DNA from: an uncultured Gemmatimonadales bacterium | Lineage (GTDB): Bacteria > Gemmatimonadota > Gemmatimonadetes > Gemmatimonadales > GWC2-71-9 | Assembly: GCA_963830455.1 (NCBI GenBank) | Contig: CAWHMT010000004.1 | Span: 39,431 to 103,430 of the forward strand | DNA length: 64,000 nt | Direction of reading: 5' to 3' | Shown here: piece after piece, positions 36,917-45,783 of the stretch | Layout: every line of letters begins with the position of its first letter | Position numbering within the stretch: the first letter of the stretch is position 1 | Notes under the pieces: model-generated | Databases searched by the model: none | What the model was told of the DNA's origin: nothing | Seen by the model: only the letters and a program-made list of their open reading frames with translations | Position numbers and translations under genes: made by a program

Positions 36917-36956
36917 CGCTGTGCGTCTGCCTGCCTAGTTTTTGCACGTCCGCGCC
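36917..36956. repeat. palindromic-element arm, copy D (single, truncated)
   Basis: CCGCTGTGCGTCTGCCTGCCTAGTTTTTGCACGTCCGCGCC. It runs from the tupA-like GTG start (36916) into the trehalase 3' end. The element's own CTAG supplies the trehalase TAG stop (36935-37), giving the C-terminal ...ARTCKN. Confidence 0.7.
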
Positions 36957-38564
36957 TGCACTGGCATGGCGCAGAGTGCAAGTACGACTCCGTTGGTCCA
37001 CCCGAACCCATCCTGCGTCGGGTACTCTCCTCCGCCCGCCTTCCGGTTCGGATTGACGACGTCGTACTTCTCCATCATGCGCCCGGTCGCGCGATAGGTC
37101 CGCTGAATGAGATTGAGCCAGCGCGTGGCGGCCGTGTCGGCGAGATCATCGCGCCGATACCGCCGGACCCCTTCGATCGTGAGCCACTCGAGCGGCGGCC
37201 AGCCGTTGGGCGCATCCCACTGCTGCCCGGAGTTGAAGTTGGTCGTGACGAAACCGCCGGGCTTCAGGAACTCCGCTTCGAGCCTGGCCGCGGTGCGCAC
37301 GCCCTGGTCCGGGGTCGCGATGCCGAAGTAGAGTGGCGCCGCGGCGGCGAGCGACGGCCGATCGAGCACGCGCTCGCCCGAGCGCCAGCGGACATCGTAG
37401 AAGAACCCGCGCGTCGGGCTCGTACATCAGGTTTTGGATCGCCTGCTCGGCGCTCGTCCGCCAGCGGGTGAAGCGGCGCGCGACTTCCTCGTCCCCCGCT
37501 CCTTCTCGGAATGCCCGCAACGCCGCGATCACGCGCTCCGCATTATAAAGGAGGGAGTTGAGGTCAACGGGAAGAAGATCCGTGGTCTCGAGCGTGCGCA
37601 GGTCCTTGGGGTCGCGCATCCAGCGGCTCGAAAAGTCCCAGCCGCTCTCGGCGCTCGCCCGCACGTTGCGGTAGAAGCTCGCGCGCAGCGAATCGGGCAG
37701 CGTCATCCCGATTTCCACGTCGGGCCGGTACGATTCGGGCCGCGGCTCGTCCGAATCGTCCCAGTAGCGATTGAGTACCACACCCTCCGGCATCCGCACT
37801 GCTCGGCGATAGAACTGACCCGGCTTCAGTTGGTCCCCTCCATCCATCCAGAAGGCATACTCCTTCTCCAACGCGTCGAGATACGGGAGCGCCCGCGCCG
37901 TGTCGGTCGCGCTCGCGTACAGCGCCACCATCGCGGCGAAGTAGGGCGGCTGGCTGCGCGTCAGGTAGTACGTTCGGTTGCCGTTGGGAATGTGGCCGAG
38001 CGTCCGGATCAGATGCGCGAAGTTGTCCAGCATATGCTTCACGAGGTCGGTGTGACCGCTCTTCACCAGACCCTGCATCGTGAAATAACTGTCCCAGTAA
38101 TAGATCTCGCGGAATCGGCCGCCCGGGACGACATAGGGACTAGGGAGAGGGATGAGGGACGATTGCAGGTCGGTCGTGTCGGGTGGTCTCGTCAACACCG
38201 GCCAGAGCGCGTTGACGTGCGCTACCATCCCCTGCGAGGCGACGGTGCGATACCCGTCGCCCGCTGGTTGGGGCAACACGAAGTTCTGCTCGACGAACGT
38301 GCGCAACACAAATCCGGGCGCGCGACGCGCGGAATCGTAGCGCGCCTGAATCGCGCCCGGCAGCGCGCGGGGCCGCGCGTCGACGAACTCTTTCGAATCG
38401 GAAAAGATCCCCGACAACTGCACGTCCGAGAACAGCGCGCCGATGTCGTGCGCAGGATCATAGGCTGCTGGCCTGGCCGATGGACGGTCTGCCGGCGTGC
38501 AGGCAAGGACAAAGCAAAGCGCGGAAATGCAAAGACTAGACGCAGCAGACGCACCGCGGTCCAC
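36935..38564 (-). pseudogene. treA: periplasmic trehalase (GH37); one frameshift
   Basis: GTG 38564: VDRGASAASSLCISALCFVLAC (lipobox) ...FREIYYWDSYFTMQGL...SQPPYF...LMYEPDAR. Shift near 37400-37412 (GGG run) gives GFFYDVRWRSGERVLDRPSLAAAAPLYFG...SGQQWDAPNGWPPLEW...GGGEYPTQDGFGWTNGV. Confidence 0.75.
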
Positions 38565-38651
38565 GGTCCTGAGGTTACGGGATGGTCCCGTTGACCGATG
38601 ACTGTGCGTCCGCCGCTGCGTCTGTGCACCTAGCCTTTGCATGTCCCCGCC
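38519..38651. repeat. palindromic element copy E (two full inverted arms, 3-nt loop)
   Basis: GCGCGGAAATGCAAAGACTAGACGCAGCAGACGCACCGCGGTCCACGGTCCTGAGGTTACGGGA TGG TCCCGTTGACCGATGACTGTGCGTCCGCCGCTGCGTCTGTGCACCTAGCCTTTGCATGTCCCCGCC. It lies between the SSS stop (38656) and the trehalase 5' end. The left arm overlaps the predicted trehalase signal peptide. Confidence 0.8.
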
Positions 38652-38655
38652 TTTG

Positions 38656-40281
38656 TCAGGCAAACACGATCCACAGCACGCCAATGATGGCCACGAGTAG
38701 CACCGACAGCCCGATCTGGAACTTCCGATCGGCCGCGGTCTCGCCTTCCAGCAGAGCGGCGCCCCCTGGTCCGGCACGGACGTACGTGAGTCCCTCTGTC
38801 TTGTCAGCACTGGGCGGCGGCGTCGCCATGCTCACGACGAACAGCACGGCGGTGCAGATCACGAACAGCAACACGGCGTAGTGGAGGAAATTGATCGTCG
38901 CGATCCAGTGCCAGAGCGTCCCCGACTCGAGGCCGCCGGTCGCCTTGTTCGTCAGCTCGAGGACGAGCCGCAGCACGCCGAGAACGAGCCCGGTGATGAG
39001 CGATGCCATCGCCCCGGTGCCGTTAAGGCGGCGGAAGAACAGGCCGAGGAGGAAGCAGGCGGCGATGGGCGGCGCGATGTACGCCTGCACGCTCTGCAAG
39101 TAGATGTAGATCTGCGACGAGACGAACTTCATCAGCGGAATCCAGGCCAGCCCAAGGAACACCATGACCCCGGCGGAAATGCGGCCCACGCGCACGAGCT
39201 GCTGCTCGCTCGCGCCGGGACGCATCTTCTTGTAGACATCCCAGGTCAGGAGCGTCGAACACGCGTTGAACGCGGAGGCCAGGGAGCTCATCAGCGCCGC
39301 GAGCATGCCCGCGAGCACCAGGCCCTTGATGCCGTCCGGGAGCAGTCGCGTCACCAGCGTGGGATACGCGGAGTCAGGGTTGTTGCTGACATCGGAGAAC
39401 AGCGCCATCGCGACGATGCCCGGCAGCACGAAGATGAAAACGGGGAGAATCTTCAGGTAACCCGCGAAGATGGTTCCGGTGCGCGCCTGTTTGATGTTCT
39501 TGGCAGCGAGCACGCGTTGCACGATGTGTTGATCGGTACACCAATACCAAATTCCGAGAATCGGAGCTCCAAAGATGATTCCGGTCCATGGAAAGTCCGG
39601 ATGACTCGACGGTTTCCACATCGAGAAGAAGCCCGCAGGGACTTTGGCCTCGAGCCCGGCGATGCCGCCGACCCGCGACAGCCCGATTGCCATCAGGGTG
39701 ATGGAGCCGAGAATCAGCACGATGGCCTGCAGCACCTCGGTGTAGACCACGGCGCGCAGTCCGCCGAAGATCGTATACAGCCCGGTGATGACGATGAGGA
39801 CAATGGCCGCCGTGTAGAAATTCCACCCCGTCACCGCGCGAATCACGACCCCGCCGGCATACAGCGTAACGCTGATCTTCGTCAGGACGTAGCCAATGAC
39901 TGACACCCAGGTGAAATAAGTCCGCGACGCCGAGTTGTACCGCTTTTCCAGGAACTCCGGCATCGTGTAGACGCCGCTCTTCAGGTAAAAAGGAACGAAG
40001 AGCCAGCCGAGCAGCAGCAGGATGAGACAGGCGAGCCACTCGAAGTGCCCGACGGCGAGACCGCTGCCGGCGCCCGTGCCCGCCAGCCCCACGAGGTGCT
40101 CGCTCCCGATGTTGGACGCGAACAGGCTTGCGCCGACCGCGAACCACGCGACGTCGCGGCTCGCGAGGAAGTAGTCGGAGCTGACGGCCTTCTCTCTGCG
40201 CGCTGCCCACCACGCAATGCCGAACAGGATGAGGAAGTAGGCGGCGATGAACAGCAGATCGAAGAAGTGGAGATTGCTCAT
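38656..40281 (-). CDS. sodium:solute symporter (SSS/SGLT family)
   Basis: Start chosen at ATG 40281 (MSNLHFFDLLFIAAYFLILFGIAWWAARREK...). About 13-14 TM. SDYFLASRDVAWFAVGASLFASNIGSEHLVGLAG is typical of the SSS family. Confidence 0.85.
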   Translation of the reverse strand: MSNLHFFDLLFIAAYFLILFGIAWWAARREKAVSSDYFLASRDVAWFAVGASLFASNIGSEHLVGLAGTGAGSGLAVGHFEWLACLILLLLGWLFVPFYLKSGVYTMPEFLEKRYNSASRTYFTWVSVIGYVLTKISVTLYAGGVVIRAVTGWNFYTAAIVLIVITGLYTIFGGLRAVVYTEVLQAIVLILGSITLMAIGLSRVGGIAGLEAKVPAGFFSMWKPSSHPDFPWTGIIFGAPILGIWYWCTDQHIVQRVLAAKNIKQARTGTIFAGYLKILPVFIFVLPGIVAMALFSDVSNNPDSAYPTLVTRLLPDGIKGLVLAGMLAALMSSLASAFNACSTLLTWDVYKKMRPGASEQQLVRVGRISAGVMVFLGLAWIPLMKFVSSQIYIYLQSVQAYIAPPIAACFLLGLFFRRLNGTGAMASLITGLVLGVLRLVLELTNKATGGLESGTLWHWIATINFLHYAVLLFVICTAVLFVVSMATPPPSADKTEGLTYVRAGPGGAALLEGETAADRKFQIGLSVLLVAIIGVLWIVFA

Positions 40282-42451
40282 TGGGTGGGGGCCTGCCTTC
40301 GCGTGTTGAGGAGATATTGAACCGCGAGATCCGTGAGCGTCCACAGCTGAACATCCGAAGCGGAACCGTAGCGCACGGGACGCAGCGTCCCGTTCTCGAA
40401 CTTGTAGCTCCACAGCTCGGCATACTGCAACCCGGAGCGCGCCACTGCCGCGCGTATCGAGTCGACTGCACTCGGCCGGTCACGGTTTGCGAGCGCGACT
40501 AACAGCATATTCACTTCCCGGCCCCACACGACGCGCGGCGAGTGGTACAGATCGCGCTCGAACATCTGCCACACGGCGGGCGCCGCGTAGGCGTCGTTCG
40601 CGACGGCGAGTCCCACGCCGTCGATGAACAGGCCGACCGGATAGGGCAGCAGGAACGGCTTGAGCAGCTCAGCCTCACGCGCAGGGTCCTGCCGCTCGAG
40701 CAGCAGCCACATCGCCGGATCGGTGCTCATGACGGGGATCGGCAGACCCGCACTGTCGAGCGCGACGGCGGGAAAGCGCAGCGTGTCGGGCTCGTATCCT
40801 GAACGCGTGAGCACGCCGTCCCAGTACCGCTGCTCCGGCTCTGGGAGCGACGCCGAGCTTCGCGCGGACTCGGGCTCGCACCTCGTCCGGTGCGAGCGTC
40901 ACCATGAAATGCCGCGACGCCCCTTGCCAGGTGCGCGCACCCGCCGCGATCAGATCGGCATGTTCGATCCCGGGCTCGCCGAGCGCGCGCAGCGCGCTGT
41001 CGATCGCGACGATCGCGCGCAGCGCTTGCGGGACCCAGACCACGTTCACGTCGAACGCGAAGCAGCCACCGGCGTAGCCCACGCGACTGTCGCGCCAGCT
41101 TCCCGGATGGCAGTAGCCGTCGGGATCGCGCTTGAAGCTCACGAGATTCGTGGCGACCGGATCGTGCGCATACGGCGCTGCCTGGTGCATCACGTACGAG
41201 ATGCTCTTGCGCAGCGGCGTTCCCCAGCGGCGCACGAATGCGCGCTTGCGCGCGGCGGGCACGCGCGCGTCGGCGAAGTAGCGCCCGGCGACGACGGGCA
41301 GCTGGAAGTCGTCGTCGACCATCCAGTAGTTCTCGCGCGTCTGCTGGAGATGGCGCAGCAACGTCGTGTCGCCGGTGCGCAGGAACTCGGCGCCATTCTC
41401 ACGAATCGCCTGGCCGCCGAGGGCTTCTTCATGACTGACCTCGCCGTCCGGACCGAGCTTGGCGAGCGCCGCGCCCATCACGAACTCCGCCATCGTGTCG
41501 GACCACACCGGCTCCATCAGCAGCGCGGTCATGAGCATGTCGCGGCCGAAGTAGGTCGCGTACGTCGGGAGCCCCGCCATCAGCTTCTGCTTGGAGCTGA
41601 GCAGCTCGAAGCCGCGGATTTCGCGCTCCAAGCGCTGTGACTTCACGGAATCGGCGAAGCGGTGGAACGACGTGTTGAAGATCGCTTTGCGGTTCAGCGG
41701 TTGTAGTGCGGCTCCATCAGTGGCGATTTCCACGCTGACGGTGACCGGCCGCGCGCCGAGCGTCCGGATCGTCAGGACGGCATTGGTGAGGCTCGCGCGT
41801 GTGGTCCGCGCGTCGCCGCGCACGGTGAGCCACAGGTGATTCTTTCCGTCGAGACTGGGCTGCGAGACTCGCAGTGCCCAATCTCTCTCCGTGCTCGTCA
41901 GGCGCACGCCCGGCGTGAGTCGCTCGGTGTACGCCAGGCCCAGGCGCTTGGCGAGCTGCGCCATTTCAGGGACGACGAAGGTGGGCGCATCGATCCGATC
42001 CTTGACACGCCCCGCGTACCCGAAGTCGCGCTCGATGCGCATCGAGCCCAGGAGGAACTGCCCGATCTGGATTGACCGCCCGCCCGGCACCGTAAGCGCG
42101 TAGCGCAAGCTGCGTCGACCGCTCGCACTCCAAGCGGACGCCGGCCCTGCATCGAACGCGACCGCCGCGACCGCCGCGACCGCCGCATTTGCTTCTTGAC
42201 CGCCTTGACCGCCTATCTCTCACCGTGAACCCAATGCTCTCGTTCAGCGCATCGGCCCACAGGTGCACCACGCGGCCGGTCTTGCCGTCGATGTAGATCT
42301 CTACCGAATTGCCGCGCGAGTCTCTGAACACGCGCGCGTGGTAGCCTTCGTATGCAGCGGAGTCATCCAGGCCGGGGGTGGGAAACTCAAGCACCGGCGC
42401 GCTATTCTGCGTGGGAGCAGCTTGAATCATCAGCAGCAAGGCCATCAGCAT
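40278..42451 (-). pseudogene. secreted (alpha/alpha)6-barrel, GDE_C-like putative glycoside hydrolase; at least two frameshifts
   Basis: Signal MLMALLLMIQAAP...HLWADALNESIGFTV. Shift near 42212-42222 gives ...EIGGQGGQEANAAVAAVAAVAFD...LRYALTVPGG...LPTYATYFGRDMLMTALLMEP... Shift near 40845-40860 gives ...LPEPEQRYWDGVLTRSGYEPDTLRF... and continues to stop 40278. The family call is tentative. Confidence 0.55.
42160..42213 (-). repeat. short in-frame tandem repeats (3 x GACCGCCGC, 2 x TTGACCGCC) inside the GDE-like gene
   Basis: Read directly. They encode (AAV)3 and (GGQ)2 in the frame that joins the flanking homologous segments. Confidence 0.6.
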
Positions 42452-42597
42452 GGGCCTACATACTCCGCCCCCTCCCGAGCCTTGACAAGGGCTGGACGCG
42501 GGCGCATTTCAAGATACGATAATCGTCAGTCCGTTCAGGCGAATCCTGCCCGCGGAGGTAACGTCGATGCGTTCGAGTAAGACTCGTTGGTCTCATT

Positions 42598-45500
42598 TTG
42601 GCGCTCCTCGCCTGCACCGCGCTGCCATTGGCCGCGCAGGGCACCGGCACAGTTCGTGGACAAGTCGTCGATAGCGTGACACGGCAGGGTCTGGTCGGCG
42701 TCACAGTCCAGATTCAAGGCACACAGCGTACCACAGTCACGGGAAACGATGGCACCTACTCGCTCGGCGACGTCCCCGAGGGCAGCGTGGTCGTGCGAGC
42801 GACCCGAATCGGGTTTGGACCGCAACAGCAGGTCGTCGCCATCACCGCCGGGGGCACCGTCGAAGCGCGGTTCGAGCTGGCGCCGCAGGCAAACCTACTC
42901 GAGCCCGTCGTCGTCACCGGCTACGGAACGACCCGGCGTGAAGCCATCACCGGCTCAGTGGCGAGCGTCGATGCCGCGGCCGCGAACGTTGGCGTGAAAA
43001 CCAACGTCACCCAGATGATTCAGGGCCGCGCCGCAGGCGTCGAAGTCAGTCTGAACAACGGCGAGCCGGGCGCGGGGGCGCAGATCCGGATTAGAGGCGG
43101 CAGCTCGGTGAGCGCGAGGAACGATCCGCTCTACGTCATCGACGGGGTGCCAATCGCCAACGTGGCGACGGAGCCGGACGCCAACGGATGGACCGGCAAT
43201 CCGTCGCTGCCACGCAACCCCCTCAACTTGATCAATCCCTCCGATATCGCATCCATCACGATCCTGAAAGACGCGAGCGCCACGGCGATTTACGGCAGCC
43301 GCGCCTCGAATGGCGTGGTTCTGGTCGAAACGAAGCGAGGCTCGTCGGGCGGCGGACCGACGTTCGAGTACGACGGCTACGTGTCGACCTCGAGTCCGGC
43401 TCGCAGCCTCGGCGTGCTCGACGGTGCCGAGTACCGGAGCTTCGTCGAGGGCTCGGTTGCGCAGTGGCGGACCGACTCAACGGCGTGCGTCGGGCGGCCG
43501 GCCTGCGCGGCGGGCTTCGCAGATTCTGCGGCGCAATTCAACGCGCTCGATCCGTCTCACCTCGCGACCATGGGGGCGGCGAACACGAATTGGGAGAAAA
43601 GCGTGACGCGCCAGTCCCTCACGTATAATCAGAATCTCTCGTTCTCCGGCGGGACCGAAAACACGCACTATCGCGGGTCAGTGAACTACGCGAAGGAGCA
43701 GGGCGTGACGCTCTCGAGCGATCTGGAACGGATTCAGGGGCGGCTCAGCGCGACCCATTCGGATATCGACGGCCGCCTGCGGCTCGGCCTCAACGTGACG
43801 AGCTCGCGCGTCAACAACACGTACCTCACCTACGAAAACCAGGGTGGCTTCGAGGGCGGTGTATTCGAGAATGTCGCCACCTTCAATCCCACGCAGCCGG
43901 TCACCGTCACCGACTCCACGGGCACGCGCTACTACGAGGTCGGCGGGACGACGATCCGCAACCCGGTGGCGTTGGCGAATCAGATCTCGAACATCGGTTC
44001 GACGACCAGGACGCTCGGCAACGCCGAGGCTGAGTTCGACGTGGCGCGTGGTCTGACGGCGAAGATCAACGTCGGGCTCGACAACTCCAACGGCGCACGG
44101 CAGGAGTACTATCCCATCGCGAGCCCGCTGGGCCGGGCGTTGGGTAACGGACTCGCCCAGCAACAGGATCTCGAGAACAATACCCAGACGCTGCAGACAC
44201 TCCTCACGTACGACGGCCACGTCGGCCAGAGCAACACCCTCAACGTCGTGGGTGGCTACGAATACAGCAAATTCAAAACGAACTGGGTGATGGGAAGGGG
44301 CATCGGATTCTTCACCGACGCATATACCTTCCACGCCCTCGACGCGGCTGTGACGAAAACGACGCAGTCGAGCGCGTCGGAAGCACGCCTCGCGTCGTTC
44401 TTTGGCCGCGCCAACGTTGGCTTCAACGAGCGCTTTTTCCTCACGGGCGTACTCCGCTATGACGGCTCGTCCAGATTTGCGGAGGGACACAAGTGGGCCC
44501 TCTTCCCGGCGCTGTCTGGCTCGTGGAATCTGAAGCAAGAAGGGTTCATGCAGGGTGGCGCTTTCTCGGAGTTCCGCGTGCGCGCCGGCTGGGGCCTCCA
44601 GGGCAATCCCAGCGTTGATCCGTACACCTCGTTGATCACGCTGAGGAGCGGCAGTGATGCGAGCTACCCGTGGGGCGACCAGTCGCAAGGCGGAGTTATC
44701 GGGAGCAGCAACGGGAACCCGGATCTCAAGTGGGAGCAGACGTCACAGTACGACGCCGCAGTCGATTTCGGGCTGTGGGGCAACCGGCTCTCGGGAACCA
44801 TCGAGTACTATCACAAAGACACCAAGGACCTGCTGCTCACCGTCGACGTGTCGCAGCCGGCACTTGCGTCCACGCAGCTCAGAAACGTGGGCCGGCTGAG
44901 CGGCCACGGTCTCGAGCTTTCCCTCGATGCGTTGGCCGTGTCGAAGCCGGGTTTGACCTGGCGTGCCGGCCTCGTCTTCGCGGCGGACAAGAACAAGGTT
45001 ACGGATCTCGGGTGTGGGGCGGATTCGACGGGCGTCAAGACGTGCCCGTTCTACGAGTCCGGAGACGTGAGCGGACAGGGGCAGAGCGGTGTACGGGCCG
45101 AGCGCGTCATGGTCTGCGACCCCAGCAGTCCGGGCAGTTGCCCCGGGTATGCCTTGGGAACGTTCTACGGCCCCGTGTTCGTCGGCGTCGACGCGAACGG
45201 CCAGCAACAGTTCTTCTGCACGGCGGCCACTACGGGATGCGTGGGTGGGAAGACGACAATCAGGGGCAACCCGGACGCCCGCGACTACCGCGTGATCGGC
45301 AACGCCAATCCGGACTTCACCCTGGGATTCACCAGCAATATCACGTGGAAGCGGTTCGACGTCAGTTTCCTGATCCACGCCGCGATCGGACAGGATGTAT
45401 TCAACAACACGGCGCTGGTCTACTCCACCAAGAGCAACGCCCTCCAGGACAAGGGGTTTCTGAAGGACGCGCTCAGCGACCCGATCGGGATTCACGAACC

Positions 45501-45771
45501 CGCGATCTACTCATCCCGCTGGATCGAGGACGCGTCCTTCGTGCGCCTGCAGAACATCACGATCGGGTATGACCTCAACCTGCCGTTCTTGATGCGCACC
45601 GCGCGGAGCGCGAGGCTCTACATGGCGGCGGACAATCTCCTTCTGTTCACGGGTTACTCGGGACTCGATCCCGAAGTCTATTCCGGCACCGGATTGGCAG
45701 TGCGTGGTGTCGATTATCTCGTCTATCCCCGCCCCCGTACGATTACGGGGGGTCTCCGTCTCGTCTTTTAG
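42598..45771 (+). CDS. SusC/RagA-family TonB-linked outer-membrane protein
   Basis: 1057 aa. Carboxypeptidase-regulatory-like domain (GTVRGQVVDSVTRQGLVGVTVQIQGT) and plug (ASITILKDASATAIYGSRASNGVVLVETKRG). Large barrel ending ITGGLRLVF. The start is uncertain: TTG 42598, or ATG 42566 with a GGAGG RBS in another frame. Confidence 0.85.
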   Translation: MALLACTALPLAAQGTGTVRGQVVDSVTRQGLVGVTVQIQGTQRTTVTGNDGTYSLGDVPEGSVVVRATRIGFGPQQQVVAITAGGTVEARFELAPQANLLEPVVVTGYGTTRREAITGSVASVDAAAANVGVKTNVTQMIQGRAAGVEVSLNNGEPGAGAQIRIRGGSSVSARNDPLYVIDGVPIANVATEPDANGWTGNPSLPRNPLNLINPSDIASITILKDASATAIYGSRASNGVVLVETKRGSSGGGPTFEYDGYVSTSSPARSLGVLDGAEYRSFVEGSVAQWRTDSTACVGRPACAAGFADSAAQFNALDPSHLATMGAANTNWEKSVTRQSLTYNQNLSFSGGTENTHYRGSVNYAKEQGVTLSSDLERIQGRLSATHSDIDGRLRLGLNVTSSRVNNTYLTYENQGGFEGGVFENVATFNPTQPVTVTDSTGTRYYEVGGTTIRNPVALANQISNIGSTTRTLGNAEAEFDVARGLTAKINVGLDNSNGARQEYYPIASPLGRALGNGLAQQQDLENNTQTLQTLLTYDGHVGQSNTLNVVGGYEYSKFKTNWVMGRGIGFFTDAYTFHALDAAVTKTTQSSASEARLASFFGRANVGFNERFFLTGVLRYDGSSRFAEGHKWALFPALSGSWNLKQEGFMQGGAFSEFRVRAGWGLQGNPSVDPYTSLITLRSGSDASYPWGDQSQGGVIGSSNGNPDLKWEQTSQYDAAVDFGLWGNRLSGTIEYYHKDTKDLLLTVDVSQPALASTQLRNVGRLSGHGLELSLDALAVSKPGLTWRAGLVFAADKNKVTDLGCGADSTGVKTCPFYESGDVSGQGQSGVRAERVMVCDPSSPGSCPGYALGTFYGPVFVGVDANGQQQFFCTAATTGCVGGKTTIRGNPDARDYRVIGNANPDFTLGFTSNITWKRFDVSFLIHAAIGQDVFNNTALVYSTKSNALQDKGFLKDALSDPIGIHEPAIYSSRWIEDASFVRLQNITIGYDLNLPFLMRTARSARLYMAADNLLLFTGYSGLDPEVYSGTGLAVRGVDYLVYPRPRTITGGLRLVF

Positions 45772-45783
45772 GGAGAGCTGGCC

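Noticed and set aside
38565-38810. Longer N-terminus for the trehalase (ATG 38642 or track start 38810)
   Set aside because: It would place 48 or more residues, encoded by the repeat element, before the lipobox cysteine. GTG 38564 gives a normal 22-residue lipoprotein signal. The start remains uncertain because it lies inside repeat copy E.
42482-42523. TTGACA hexamer upstream of SusC as a sigma70 -35 box
   Set aside because: No acceptable -10 hexamer lies at 16-19 nt spacing. GATAAT at 42518-23 is 30 nt away.
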